A DNA stretch of 64,000 bases from the sequence record OP752703.1. The stretch is one strand, 5' to 3'. Shown here one piece after another: positions 44,374-55,008 of the stretch (the stretch's first letter is position 1; each line of letters starts with the position of its first letter). The notes beneath the pieces are model-generated. The model was not told the origin of the DNA, ran no database searches, and worked only from the letters and a program-made list of their open reading frames with translations. The position numbers were made by a program, and so were the translations under genes.

Positions 44374-44886
44374 ATGAACACTCTTTCCACTACTATCAAT
44401 TCTACTACTTTCAACGTTTCAACTCATGTTAATAAAACTGAAACAGGTTTGGAGCTTACGCGTCAGCATTGGGAGCCAGTTATTGATCCTATTGTAGTAA
44501 GTGATGAAACTTTGACCCTAGAACGTTTCGTACTTGCTGTGGAGAGTGTTTCATTTGACGGTCCCGATTACTTCCACTTCGGAATCTATCATACCTCCAA
44601 GAAAGCTCTCCGCAATGACCTTAATACTCTAATTGAGTATAGAAAGTCACAGATGGTGGAACTACAAGCTAAGGCCGAAGCTTATTGGCCGTTGTTTGAT
44701 TATGAACAAGATGATTTAGGGGTTGAAGATACTCTTCATGTAGAATACCTAGCAGTTGAGGAAAAGCTCAATCTTCTTCGTTCAATGCGATTTGAAGTGA
44801 ATGGGAAGTCCATTCATATGGGTCACTTTGATGATGGTTGTACGTTCAAGATTTTAACTCTGGATGAATGGTTTAATGCAAATTGA
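44374..44886 (+). CDS. Hypothetical protein
   Basis: Early-type promoter, CATCAACTACGGA leader. Confidence 0.82.
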   Translation: MNTLSTTINSTTFNVSTHVNKTETGLELTRQHWEPVIDPIVVSDETLTLERFVLAVESVSFDGPDYFHFGIYHTSKKALRNDLNTLIEYRKSQMVELQAKAEAYWPLFDYEQDDLGVEDTLHVEYLAVEEKLNLLRSMRFEVNGKSIHMGHFDDGCTFKILTLDEWFNAN

Positions 44887-45163
44887 TTATGAAAGTTTGT
44901 TGAAGGTATACTATTCCGAGCTAGAGAGTAATATTGAAAGCCTACATGATAACTTGATGGTATGTATTAAGTATCAACTCATTAACCAATCTAGAAATTT
45001 GACGGAAGATGGGAATGATAGTTATGAAATATACCGTTTTCTTATGTTCAAGAAAAATTGGCACCACGGATGTATGTACCATGAAGAAGAATTACATAGA
45101 CCCCCTGTATTCCACAACGGCAGATACATTCCGGGTCGATATGCTCACTTGACAGACGACTAA
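44864..45163 (+). CDS. Hypothetical protein
   Basis: Packing. Confidence 0.7.
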   Translation: MNGLMQIDYESLLKVYYSELESNIESLHDNLMVCIKYQLINQSRNLTEDGNDSYEIYRFLMFKKNWHHGCMYHEEELHRPPVFHNGRYIPGRYAHLTDD

Positions 45164-45205
45164 CCCGCTCTTATAATATTCGAAATTCCAAGGACAACAC
45201 CTTAC

Positions 45206-46480
45206 ATGACTAAGCGATACGTAATGCTCGTTAAGAATGACGCAGCAGCAAACAACAACAAGTTCTACGAAATCAAGCTGGAAGACAACGATGAAGTAAT
45301 GATTCGCTATGGCCGAGTCGGTGCTACTGGTGCTTCCGAAAGCAAGGGCTTCGGTGAAGCTGTATTCGAGAAGGTTCTAAAGTCGAAGACTGGTGCCAAG
45401 AAGGGCTATCAGCAGGTTGACGTTGTTGTGAACGAAGGTGGTACTCCTACCTCCACTGCTACTGGCGGCTCTCTTGTAGAGATTGCTATGCGTGACGTTG
45501 CCGGTGGTAATGCCGATCTACGCGCACTTCTAACCCGTCTAAATAACATCAACCGCTTCCAGCTACAGGCTGCATCTGGCGGTCAGATCGATATCGTGGA
45601 CGGTGAAGTAAAGACCGCTCTAGGTGTTCTGATTTCTCTTGATAGCATCGCTTCCGCTAAGGAAATGTTGAACGAGCTATCAGGCTATGTTGAAAAGAGC
45701 GACTATTCGTCCTCTTACGTCCAGCTACTACAGAACTACCTAACTAAGATTCCGCAGAAGGTTTCGCACCGCCGTGGTTGGGACCAAACGTTCTTCACTG
45801 AACACACCACTCTTGTCAACCAGATGGACCTTCTAGAACAGCTAGAGAACTCTGTAAAGAACTCTAAGCCGGTCGAAGTCACTGAGGAACAGGGTGAAAT
45901 TGCTCGCCTATTTGGTTACAGTCTTGAAGTTGTTCAGGACGGCGCTGAGTTTGAGAAGCTACGCAAGTTCTACAACGCTACCCTACAATCCAAGCACGTT
46001 TCTTCTTCTAAGAAGCTAGTTCGTGTCTACAAGATGATTAATCCTGAGAAGGATGAAGCATATCAGAAGAAGCTAGCCAAGATCGGCAATGAAATGATGC
46101 TATGGCATGGTACTCGCGCATGTAATGTTCTTTCGATTCTAAAGGGCGGTCTAATCATTCCTCCGACTGTCGGTGGTAACTTCACCATTGCTGGACGCAT
46201 GTTCGGTGACGGCGTATACTTCTCCGATCAGTCTTCTAAGTCGCTGAACTACTCTGTAGGTTATTGGGGCCGTGATGGTGTCGATAATGGCTCTGTGTTC
46301 ATGCTCAACGCGTCCGTGGCAATGGGTAAGGCACACACCCCTACCCGTCCCATCAACGCCCGTCCTAGCGGCTACGATTCGATCTACGCGAAGGGTGGTC
46401 AGAGTGGCGTAATGAACAATGAAATGATTGTTCCGCACCTAGACCAGTTCCGCCTTGACTTCCTATGTGAGTTCGAGTGA
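45206..46480 (+). CDS. WGR-domain poly(ADP-ribose) polymerase-like protein
   Basis: NNKFY...YGRVG; LWHGT, GRMFGDGVYF, SKSLNY, NNEMIV (H-Y-E triad). Confidence 0.9.
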   Translation: MTKRYVMLVKNDAAANNNKFYEIKLEDNDEVMIRYGRVGATGASESKGFGEAVFEKVLKSKTGAKKGYQQVDVVVNEGGTPTSTATGGSLVEIAMRDVAGGNADLRALLTRLNNINRFQLQAASGGQIDIVDGEVKTALGVLISLDSIASAKEMLNELSGYVEKSDYSSSYVQLLQNYLTKIPQKVSHRRGWDQTFFTEHTTLVNQMDLLEQLENSVKNSKPVEVTEEQGEIARLFGYSLEVVQDGAEFEKLRKFYNATLQSKHVSSSKKLVRVYKMINPEKDEAYQKKLAKIGNEMMLWHGTRACNVLSILKGGLIIPPTVGGNFTIAGRMFGDGVYFSDQSSKSLNYSVGYWGRDGVDNGSVFMLNASVAMGKAHTPTRPINARPSGYDSIYAKGGQSGVMNNEMIVPHLDQFRLDFLCEFE

Positions 46481-46812
46481 TGAAATACCTTCTAGCTCTG
46501 CTACTCCTTCCTGTGTCAGTCTTTGCGGCAGACCTTACTGTCCGTGATGCTACTGATGAAGAAGTAGCTGAGATTGAGAAGAATATGGATCAAATGAAGT
46601 TTCAATTTGATCCTTCCACAGTTAAATTGAAGAAAGTGTTGATTACCGATCACACTTTCTGTGGTAGAATGGACGCAACTCGAAAGAACGGAACTAAAGC
46701 CAGTGACTTAACCGTCTATGGTACTTGGTTCGGTGGAGAGGCAGTTGCCCCCATTGCTACAGGCGTAGGTGCAAGAAGAATGTGCGACCTAGACAAATTT
46801 CCTAAAAATTAA
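46477..46812 (+). CDS. Exported protein with signal peptide
   Basis: MKYLLALLLLPVSVFA; two Cys. Confidence 0.78.
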   Translation: MMKYLLALLLLPVSVFAADLTVRDATDEEVAEIEKNMDQMKFQFDPSTVKLKKVLITDHTFCGRMDATRKNGTKASDLTVYGTWFGGEAVAPIATGVGARRMCDLDKFPKN

Positions 46813-46821
46813 GGTAAACAA

Positions 46822-47343
46822 ATGAATACTATTGAAGAAGAACTAAGCATTCCGCAAGAAGAACTCAGTAATCAGTGGGAAGGTGTCGCATCCCACACTA
46901 TCCTACTCAACACCAATGATATGACTGATACTATCCCTTATCTAAAGGTCGGTAGTAAATGGAAGGTGTATGGTGATCTACCTGTAACTACCAATATCCA
47001 GACATTCATTGATTCTGCACTAATCCAGCACATCGAAGCGATCAAGGCCCACTTTGATCCGTATGATCGAACCTCGGCGTTGGATATGGCTACTGATCCA
47101 CAGACTCTATTTGAAACATACTTTAGAGAGCAGGATATTAGCGATGTTGTCATGGATGATGTTACTGTTCGCTTCTATGCTCCTGTAGTAACACGCTATA
47201 CCCTTTCCGAAAAAGAATTTTCGAATTATGTTGACGGGATGTTGAATGATATCCGAAATGAGTTCACCGAACGCGCTGATGAAATCATCGCAAAACTCTC
47301 TGAGCGCACTGACGAAATCATTGAGCAATTGAAGACCGCATAA
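46822..47343 (+). CDS. Acidic hypothetical protein
   Basis: AAGG RBS. Confidence 0.8.
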   Translation: MNTIEEELSIPQEELSNQWEGVASHTILLNTNDMTDTIPYLKVGSKWKVYGDLPVTTNIQTFIDSALIQHIEAIKAHFDPYDRTSALDMATDPQTLFETYFREQDISDVVMDDVTVRFYAPVVTRYTLSEKEFSNYVDGMLNDIRNEFTERADEIIAKLSERTDEIIEQLKTA

Positions 47344-47425
47344 CTGTCTTGCAAGATCGGTAGCAGTGGTGTATACTGCATCCCACAAGCAACACGACAC
47401 ACATAACCTAACAAGGAAATAAACA

Positions 47426-47968
47426 ATGTCAAACCTAGGAACTCTAATCCTACCTCAGCTACATTCACATGGTAATCCGCTAGTCATCCGCGAGATTACT
47501 CGTAAGGATGCCGAAGGTCTAATCCAGAATCTAGCCGAGCGCACTAAGACTGCCCGTAAGCTAAAGCACTACCCGGCTGCTATTGAAGATGCTTTCTTTG
47601 AAGTAAACGCCGTTGGACCGCGTACATATTTCAACAGCTATGATGAAGAAGACACTCTAAACGATCTAGCGGAATCAAGCATTCCGGGCCTACGTGGTGA
47701 GCGTGCAGTGTTCTTCGAAAGTGGTAACTTTGATAACGGTGAAAACGCGGCCTTCCTAATCGGCACTACCGTAATCTATAACGCCAATTGGGCAACTCTA
47801 GGTGTTCTAGACCTATCCGTTATGGACTTTATCGCCAATTCTACTCACGAAGAAGGTGAAGAGGAAGAAGAGGAAGAAGAAGAAGAAGACGAAGACGAAT
47901 TCTTTGAAGATGAAGACGAATACTACGATGACGATGGCCGTTGTTACTGGTGTGGTGATTACCACTAA
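47426..47968 (+). CDS. Hypothetical protein with poly-Glu/Asp tail
   Basis: TTGCAA-17-TATACT promoter; AAGGA. Confidence 0.82.
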   Translation: MSNLGTLILPQLHSHGNPLVIREITRKDAEGLIQNLAERTKTARKLKHYPAAIEDAFFEVNAVGPRTYFNSYDEEDTLNDLAESSIPGLRGERAVFFESGNFDNGENAAFLIGTTVIYNANWATLGVLDLSVMDFIANSTHEEGEEEEEEEEEEDEDEFFEDEDEYYDDDGRCYWCGDYH

Positions 47969-47973
47969 TTCAT

Positions 47974-48354
47974 ATGGAATATCGCACCCGTAAAATCGTC
48001 AAGGGTGGTGACCTTAATGGCGCTGGCAACCTTTTTGGTGGCCGCGCCCTTGAATGGATTGACGAAGAAGGTGCTATCTTTGCCTTCTGTCAGCTAGGTC
48101 ACCCAAAGAATCTCGTAACCAAAGCAATGTCAGGGATTGAGTTCCTTGCACCGGGCCATGCTAATGATCTAATTGAAATTGGATGTGAAACTATTGCCAT
48201 GGGTCGTACTTCAATTACTATTCAAGTATCCATGCGTAATAAGACCACCGAAAATCTAATTGTACGTGTTGAAAAGATGGTTTTCGTTAATTTAGACGAG
48301 AATGGTAACCCAACACCCCATTATTGTGTGATGCCTGAGAAGGTTTTTGTGTAA
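47974..48354 (+). CDS. Hotdog-fold acyl-CoA thioesterase
   Basis: DLNGAGNLFGGRALEWIDEEG, MGRTSI, MVFVNLDENGNP. Confidence 0.88.
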   Translation: MEYRTRKIVKGGDLNGAGNLFGGRALEWIDEEGAIFAFCQLGHPKNLVTKAMSGIEFLAPGHANDLIEIGCETIAMGRTSITIQVSMRNKTTENLIVRVEKMVFVNLDENGNPTPHYCVMPEKVFV

Positions 48355-48407
48355 CAAAATGCCAAGTTGCATAAATACATTGAAATCCACCAGTCAGGAG
48401 ATAATTA

Positions 48408-48641
48408 ATGGATAATAAGAAATACCTACGTAGTTGCGTTGATGCCATGATTGCTGGTGATTCCGAAGCCGCAAACACTGCATTTACCAAGTACATTACC
48501 CCGAAGGCCCTAGACGTTCTAAGCGAAGCCGTCAAGAATAAGAATCTAGACAAGGCTCTTGAAAAGGTCGATGACCGCGCCCCAAAGGGTCAGAAGAAGA
48601 ACCTAAAGAAGGTTGAAGACGAAGCTGAAAAGTGCGTCTAA
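48408..48641 (+). CDS. Small late protein, possibly prohead-core-like
   Basis: ATAAATA at 48371; AMIAGDSEAANTAF resembles T4-like core proteins. Confidence 0.5.
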   Translation: MDNKKYLRSCVDAMIAGDSEAANTAFTKYITPKALDVLSEAVKNKNLDKALEKVDDRAPKGQKKNLKKVEDEAEKCV

Positions 48642-48670
48642 TATAATAAAAATAAATAGTTACAACATTT

Positions 48671-48694
48671 AGGCCAACGAAAGTTGGCCTTTTT
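48671..48694 (+). terminator. Intrinsic terminator
   Basis: AGGCCAAC-GAAA-GTTGGCCT-TTTT. Confidence 0.85.
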
Positions 48695-48757
48695 TGTGCT
48701 TGACAGACGGGGTTTAGGTGCTATAATCTCCCCATACCAACTAACCAAGGACATTAA

Positions 48758-49921
48758 ATGAGTCACAACTCACAGTACATGCGTTCCGTTAACGACTATT
48801 CTCTATCGGCACATGAACTATTCACCCGCGAATCAGGACAGTCACATCCGTCTGAAACTCGCGTATTTGTAATTAAGAATATTCCCGAGCTAGTAGAATT
48901 TGATAAGGTGAAAGCCGAAATCATTGAAACCATTCGTGCGAATAGTCCTGAGCTATCCACAGAATCCAATTACAACATTCAGTTCCGTGATACTCTAAAG
49001 ATTGATATGGAATCTTATTCCATTTACGGTCAGGAGTTCATTGTACGTACTGGTAAGAATATTTCTGATTCGTTTGGTATTAATATTTCGCTTGAAACTC
49101 TAGTAGCGGAAGTATACCGCCGTTCGGACGAACTAATTCTAATCGTTCTAGCAAACGTTTCTCTAAACTGGCTAGATGCGGTCTATGAAAATATCCAGAC
49201 TCGTTACCCGGAAATTGAGGAAGAAAAGCCTAATACCTTCTACACCATTTCCCGTAATCAGAATGGTTTTGAGCTACAGAGCATGGAACTAGAAACCGTA
49301 TATGATGAAAAAATCATCGACGGCAACTACAATGATTCATTCCGTGAAACTTGGGAGCTAACAACTAATGCAATCGATAATGACAAGCGTGGCCTAATTC
49401 TGCTTCACGGCGTTCCGGGTTCGGGTAAGAGTCACATTCTAAAGCAAATCATCGCTCGCGGTGGTAAGCGTAAGATCGTTTATATCCCATCCTATCTCGC
49501 TACTTCTCTAAGTGATCCAGCATTCATTGGCTTTGTTCGTAAGCAAATGTCCAATGCAGTTCTGGTAATCGAAGACGGTGAAGACGTACTAGTTAGCCGT
49601 GAGATTGCACCTAATCCTGCTGTTACGAACATCCTACAGATTTCGGACGGTATCTTGGGTGATGCACTTAACATGCTAATCATTTCAACCTTCAATACCG
49701 ATCTACAGCGTATTGACGCCGCTCTACAGCGAAAGGGTCGTATGATTGCTGAGTATAAGTTCGATGAACTAGATATCGTCAAGGCCGAAGCATTGGCTGA
49801 AAAGCTCTTCGGTGAAGACCATAATATGGTTCTACCGAAGGAACTAACCCTAGCCAATATCTTCACCATGGAAGAAAACCAGCCTAAGACTGTAATCCAG
49901 CAGCGTAAGATTGGCTTTTAA
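48758..49921 (+). CDS. AAA+ ATPase
   Basis: HGVPGSGKS, LVIED, ALQRKGR. Confidence 0.88.
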   Translation: MSHNSQYMRSVNDYSLSAHELFTRESGQSHPSETRVFVIKNIPELVEFDKVKAEIIETIRANSPELSTESNYNIQFRDTLKIDMESYSIYGQEFIVRTGKNISDSFGINISLETLVAEVYRRSDELILIVLANVSLNWLDAVYENIQTRYPEIEEEKPNTFYTISRNQNGFELQSMELETVYDEKIIDGNYNDSFRETWELTTNAIDNDKRGLILLHGVPGSGKSHILKQIIARGGKRKIVYIPSYLATSLSDPAFIGFVRKQMSNAVLVIEDGEDVLVSREIAPNPAVTNILQISDGILGDALNMLIISTFNTDLQRIDAALQRKGRMIAEYKFDELDIVKAEALAEKLFGEDHNMVLPKELTLANIFTMEENQPKTVIQQRKIGF

Positions 49922-49935
49922 TTAAAGGATAAAAA

Positions 49936-50328
49936 ATGAGTTTCAGTGACGGTGATAAGGAACTAATTCGTTCACTTTGTAATGAAGTGACGTATATGAT
50001 GTTCGATTTGGAAAATGGTAACCATATCCGACCCGATGGGTCGGAAGTGGATATTGATGGACAATGGAAGTTCAAGTATACTGCGAAGCTACTATCCGAT
50101 ACTATTGAAGAAACCCCTTACGGGCCGATGAAGACCATTGTAAAGGACTTCACTATTTCAGTATCAAATGCGGATAGGCCCGTTATTGACTTTGACTTCA
50201 ATCAGCAGACTCGCGGCCTAAAGGTCAGGACTATTGATGCATTCTATGTTTCAATGTTCCTAGACATTCTAGACGCTTACCGCCGCAAGATGTTTAACGT
50301 CCCTGAACCAAATCAATCGGGTTCTTAA
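49936..50328 (+). CDS. Hypothetical protein
   Basis: AAGGA RBS. Confidence 0.8.
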   Translation: MSFSDGDKELIRSLCNEVTYMMFDLENGNHIRPDGSEVDIDGQWKFKYTAKLLSDTIEETPYGPMKTIVKDFTISVSNADRPVIDFDFNQQTRGLKVRTIDAFYVSMFLDILDAYRRKMFNVPEPNQSGS

Positions 50329-51064
50329 CTTTTTGAGCCACGTCTTGGGTTAGACCGCCAACGTTACCCCAAGCCATACCGGAAGTTAGAAGGTACAAGC
50401 CAACGATTCGATTGGCACCTGAGAAACCGATTGTTTCATTTACCTTGAATGACCCCTGCTCAGAATCGCTTACAACAAGCTTTTTGAGTTTGCGGGTCAT
50501 TTCGTCTTTCTGCTGGCGTAGAACCTGTTCGTTTTCCTTTGAACCATTGGTTGCATAAGCGATGACAGTACGGACGTAATCTTTTGCGGTAGGAATGGCA
50601 TTCTTGATTGTTTTGGCATTCAAACCCTTAGCCTGTAGGTTTTGGACCAAAAGGCTCATAGCTTCTTTGTGTAGTTCTTCTGGATCGATTCCGCTTCTAG
50701 CAATCTGCATGATTACCTTGTCGTTAAGTAATCCGTCATCATTTAGACGGTCTTCATCCATTTCAGCAGTCTTGGGCTGAATCTGTGCGCAGATGATTAC
50801 GGAATCGGCCTGATTCTTACCGCTCATATGTTTGGCAAGCTGGAAAGCCTTGTAGTAATCTTTGTAGAAATAAATTCCGGGTAGTGCGGCAAGATCATAG
50901 CCAGCAGAGGATTTATCCCCAGCCGCATAGCCACCGGATTCCTTATTAGGAACTAGACCATTCTTTAGAATTGATCGTAGGTGATTGGCCGATGTTGCAT
51001 GGTACGCCAAGATCGGTTTCGTCTCAGCTTCGTTCAATAATTGTAGGAGAGTCTGTATTTTCAT
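50294..51064 (-). CDS. ADP-ribosyltransferase-fold protein (KptA/PARP-like)
   Basis: YHATSANHLRSILKNGLVP, PGIYF, EMDED; ATAAATA 5 nt upstream. Confidence 0.68.
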   Translation of the reverse strand: MKIQTLLQLLNEAETKPILAYHATSANHLRSILKNGLVPNKESGGYAAGDKSSAGYDLAALPGIYFYKDYYKAFQLAKHMSGKNQADSVIICAQIQPKTAEMDEDRLNDDGLLNDKVIMQIARSGIDPEELHKEAMSLLVQNLQAKGLNAKTIKNAIPTAKDYVRTVIAYATNGSKENEQVLRQQKDEMTRKLKKLVVSDSEQGSFKVNETIGFSGANRIVGLYLLTSGMAWGNVGGLTQDVAQKVKNPIDLVQGR

Positions 51065-51128
51065 GATCCTATTTATTGCTTTTTATAGAGTAAGCTGTAT
51101 ACTGGCCTCGAACCAAACGAGGAAACTA

Positions 51129-52187
51129 ATGGTTAATTTTATCTCACAACAAACTAAGCTAGATTTTGATGACGTACTAATTGTTCCACAGCTAGGCGGC
51201 ATTTCAAGTCGTAGTTTAGTTGATTTCAACCGCGAATTTGAACTCCCCCATTCTGATGAAATTCTACGCGGTCCCGGTATCATCGCGGCCAATATGGATG
51301 GCGTTGGTACTATCGAAGTAGCCAGAGCGCTCTCTAAGCTACAAATGTATACGGCTCTAACCAAGAACCTACCAGCGGAAACTCTAATTAAGTTCTTCCG
51401 TGAAGGTCTTGAAACCGACGATCTACATGCTGCTGATTTCTCATTCTATTCAATGGGAATTGGTATGGAAGACTTCAAGAAGTTCTCAGAAGTAGATGCA
51501 CAGGTTGGTATTGATCGCGTATGTGTAGACGTAGCAAACGGCTATATGTCTGCCTTCTATGAACACATTTCATTCCTACGCGAACGCTGGCCGCATCTAA
51601 CTATCATGGCCGGTAACGTAGTAACCCCCGAAGGCGTTGAAGCCGCATATGAGGCTGGTGCTGATATTGTAAAGGTTGGTATCGGTTCAGGTGCAGTATG
51701 TACCACTCGTTTGGTTACTGGCGTCGGTTATCCACAATTCTCTGCGGTTACTGAGGCCGTTGAAGCTGCTGATGAACTAGGTATCCTAGTTTGCTCGGAT
51801 GGCGGTTGTAAGAACTCTGGTGATGTTGCAAAGGCAATCGCTGGCGGTGCTGACTTTGTTATGCTAGGGTCAATGTTTGCTGGTTCAGATGAAGGTGGAA
51901 ACTTCGCTGCTGACGGTAGCGTAAGCTTCTATGGAATGAGTTCAAAGACGGCCAATGATAAACATTTCGGTGGCCTAAAAGAATATCGTTCAAGTGAAGG
52001 TCGTACCGTTAAGCTATCACCGAAGGGACCGATTGAAGTAATTGCAAAGCAGATTCTAGGTGGTCTGGCAAGTGCATGCACCTATTCCAACTGCAATTCA
52101 CTCTATCAGTTACCGGCAATGGCTCAGTTCGCTCGCGTGAACAACACCCACAATCGCTGGTTAGAAAGTCAGACCATTGGCTTCTAA
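51129..52187 (+). CDS. guaC: GMP reductase
   Basis: [47 protein letters not shown]. Confidence 0.9.
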   Translation: MVNFISQQTKLDFDDVLIVPQLGGISSRSLVDFNREFELPHSDEILRGPGIIAANMDGVGTIEVARALSKLQMYTALTKNLPAETLIKFFREGLETDDLHAADFSFYSMGIGMEDFKKFSEVDAQVGIDRVCVDVANGYMSAFYEHISFLRERWPHLTIMAGNVVTPEGVEAAYEAGADIVKVGIGSGAVCTTRLVTGVGYPQFSAVTEAVEAADELGILVCSDGGCKNSGDVAKAIAGGADFVMLGSMFAGSDEGGNFAADGSVSFYGMSSKTANDKHFGGLKEYRSSEGRTVKLSPKGPIEVIAKQILGGLASACTYSNCNSLYQLPAMAQFARVNNTHNRWLESQTIGF

Positions 52188-52244
52188 CTAGACAAACGAA
52201 ACAGAGTGGGGTATACTTACCCCACATTAATCAAGGAAACTTAA

Positions 52245-53318
52245 ATGTCAAATCGCAATTACGTAAAGGTTGTATACGTTGATCCGGCTGCAATCGATAC
52301 TTATGGTTACGAATTGAGCAAACTAGCTCTTATTCTAACCAAGGAATGGGCGCATGCTATGTCAAAGTATGTTCAGTCCATGCTTGAAAAGGAAACTGAA
52401 CTAAACGCCCTTTCCGATAAGGAACTTGTACTAGAACTACATTCGGGTTCGGAAGAAATTATTGAAGCTCTATCAATGGGTGTTCAGATTGGTAGTGGCA
52501 ATAACTTTGATATCGTCAATGCCATCATCGGTTTGGTTCGTAAGTCAATCAACACTCCGCAGCAGATGTTTGAGGCTCTAGGTCAGCGTTCACCGGGCAT
52601 CCCGCTATCCATTGCTCTACGCCACAACTATCCGTTCATCGTAATGCCGGTTGTCAATTCTTCCGACATTGAATATTCCGTACACTTCGATCTAAATGAA
52701 TTCACAACCTTCTTTGTTATTGAAAACAATCTAGGCGATTCCGTGTCACAGTTATCATCTTTCCCTATCGATCCCGCTATCCGTGATGGTCTAATGGGTG
52801 AAGATTTCTACGGTAGTCGTGAAGATGATTCGGAAGACGAAAAAGAAGAAGAAGAAGAAGAAGGAAGTGTAGAAGATGACATTCCGGTACTTGACCCCAT
52901 CATGGAAGCAATTGAGCGTGACTTGCAGCGCCATCTAGCACGTGCGTATGAAAGCGAATCAGAAGCCGCAAATGACGACTCTTATGAGGAAGAAGATACT
53001 CCAATCATGGATCGAATGGAGCGTGAAATTTACGAAATGCTACGTAGCATGGTAGAAAATCAGAAGAAGTCAAACCCGGTTGAAGAAACTGACGACAGCG
53101 TTGTTGAACGCACTTCTGAAATCGAATACATCGCCCGTATCTATGATGTATTTGGTAATCTTGAAGATGAACGAATCGGCAATGCAACCCAGCTAGAGTC
53201 GCTCCTAAATTGGGCTAAGGCAGTTGCAGAACTAGATGGTTTGCGTTATTCTGTCGTCCGTGCTGTCACCACTACGGTCGTATCCGTAGAAGAAGAAATT
53301 GTAACTCAATCAACCTAA
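52245..53318 (+). CDS. Acidic hypothetical protein
   Basis: TAGACA-17-TATACT promoter; AAGGA. Confidence 0.82.
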   Translation: MSNRNYVKVVYVDPAAIDTYGYELSKLALILTKEWAHAMSKYVQSMLEKETELNALSDKELVLELHSGSEEIIEALSMGVQIGSGNNFDIVNAIIGLVRKSINTPQQMFEALGQRSPGIPLSIALRHNYPFIVMPVVNSSDIEYSVHFDLNEFTTFFVIENNLGDSVSQLSSFPIDPAIRDGLMGEDFYGSREDDSEDEKEEEEEEGSVEDDIPVLDPIMEAIERDLQRHLARAYESESEAANDDSYEEEDTPIMDRMEREIYEMLRSMVENQKKSNPVEETDDSVVERTSEIEYIARIYDVFGNLEDERIGNATQLESLLNWAKAVAELDGLRYSVVRAVTTTVVSVEEEIVTQST

Positions 53319-53328
53319 AGGGAATCAA

Positions 53329-53856
53329 ATGAGCGGTAAGAACTACAAACTAGTAACGTGGACCAACCATAATTATCTGAAAGAAATTCAGTGTGGTATT
53401 CAAGCCGCTCATTCCTCTAAAGTCATTGAACGAGTTTCTTCTGGAATGAAGTCGTACAAAGAATGGTCAGAGAATGATACTATGGTCATTCTCCAAGGTG
53501 GAGGACACTTGCGCTTGAAGGATATTGCTTTCATTATCGATCAAGTGTCTTATGCCTACAGCATCTTCCATCAAGAAGAACTACCTAACGGTATCTTCTA
53601 TGAACCTGAATTGAACTACTCGGCTACTGCTGTATCTCTAATCGTTTCCGACGAAAGTAGAAATGAATGGCGTGAAAAGTATGATGAATTAGGGGTAACA
53701 GGCGTTGCTATATTTGAACAGCTAATGTCTGCTGCATCCTTCATTCAGGCATTCCGAGACACGTATCACACGAAATACCCGAGTGAAAACTTGGAATATT
53801 ACGCTAATTTCCTAGTCCGTTTCAGTTATTGGATGGACTCTTGTAAACTGGTATAA
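53329..53856 (+). CDS. PTH2-like (peptidyl-tRNA hydrolase II fold) protein
   Basis: YLKEIQCGIQAAHS, VILQGG, FYEPEL..TAV. Confidence 0.55.
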   Translation: MSGKNYKLVTWTNHNYLKEIQCGIQAAHSSKVIERVSSGMKSYKEWSENDTMVILQGGGHLRLKDIAFIIDQVSYAYSIFHQEELPNGIFYEPELNYSATAVSLIVSDESRNEWREKYDELGVTGVAIFEQLMSAASFIQAFRDTYHTKYPSENLEYYANFLVRFSYWMDSCKLV

Positions 53857-53859
53857 ACT

Positions 53860-54207
53860 ATGGACCTAAAATTCACTAAAATCGTAAGTCGTTTGACCAC
53901 CGCCCATCATAAGGGCGAGGGTAAGTATTGCGGTAACACCATTCGATCACTTGTTATCGATACCTCTGGTGTAAATGAACATTTTGAGCGTAATGGTGAA
54001 AGTGGTGATCCGGGTTGGGATAATCATGGTGGTGTAGAAGTATTCGCTATCGCTGAATATGTCCCTGATATGGATGTTTCGGCAATTGACGAATACCGTC
54101 ATCAATTCTCTGAATTTGGTTACGAATTCGAGACTGAGAGAGTGGTTTATAACATTCCTTCACAAGGAATGAAAATATCAATTAAAAGACTACAACCATG
54201 TCAATAA
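53860..54207 (+). CDS. Hypothetical protein
   Basis: Packing. Confidence 0.75.
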   Translation: MDLKFTKIVSRLTTAHHKGEGKYCGNTIRSLVIDTSGVNEHFERNGESGDPGWDNHGGVEVFAIAEYVPDMDVSAIDEYRHQFSEFGYEFETERVVYNIPSQGMKISIKRLQPCQ

Positions 54208-54998
54208 TCAGACAATTAAAAGAAAGAAATATCTTCAAAGTAGAACAGTCCTTCATCTATGATACCGAATTGGAAGTCATGATGGGGTCTGTTGCCTATG
54301 GTGCCGCTACTGGACCTTCTTCCGATATCGACGTTCATGCAATTTGCGTACCAGATATCGATATCGTATTTCCTCAGACGATATCGGGAGGATATGTTGA
54401 GGGGTTCACTCAGCGTCCTACAAATTTTGAAAGTTCGCAGAAGCATCATATGGATATGGACGGTATGCAGCATGACGTATGCGTCTATTCGATTGTTAAG
54501 GCTTTCGCTCTTGCGGTTGACAATAACCCTAACGTACTAGACGTATTATGGGTTCCGGATAAGTGCGTCTTGCGTTCTACTGAAATCGGCCAACATATCA
54601 GGAACAATCGTCAGTTGTTCCTGAGTAAGGCTTCATATCATCGTTTCCGTGGTTATGCATATGCGCAGCAGAAACGAATGATGAATTCCACTCGTACCGA
54701 TCTGATTGAGCGTTACGGGTTCGACGTTAAAAATGCGTATCACATCATCCGTCTTGTCGAACAGGTTAGACAGATTCTAGAAACCGGCGATATGGTTCTG
54801 GATAAGAACTCGATTTTGTTACAAGAAATTCGTGCAGGTAAGTACACTCTACAAGATATCGAACAGATGCTAAGTGATGCTGAGGCCGATTTAGAAAGAC
54901 TATATAAGACCTCAGACCTTCGCTATTCTGCTGATACAAAAGAATTACAGAAGGTTCTTCTAGAATGTCTAGAAATGAAGTACGGATACCTACCTTAA
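54198..54998 (+). CDS. Pol-beta superfamily nucleotidyltransferase (RlaP-like)
   Basis: GSVAYG...SDIDV, NNPNVLDVL, KNAYHIIRL. Confidence 0.85.
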   Translation: MSIIRQLKERNIFKVEQSFIYDTELEVMMGSVAYGAATGPSSDIDVHAICVPDIDIVFPQTISGGYVEGFTQRPTNFESSQKHHMDMDGMQHDVCVYSIVKAFALAVDNNPNVLDVLWVPDKCVLRSTEIGQHIRNNRQLFLSKASYHRFRGYAYAQQKRMMNSTRTDLIERYGFDVKNAYHIIRLVEQVRQILETGDMVLDKNSILLQEIRAGKYTLQDIEQMLSDAEADLERLYKTSDLRYSADTKELQKVLLECLEMKYGYLP

Positions 54999-55008
54999 AG
55001 GAAATAAT

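Noticed and set aside
47850-47940. GAA microsatellite as a phase-variation locus
   Set aside because: In-frame, interrupted trinucleotide run encoding poly-Glu/Asp
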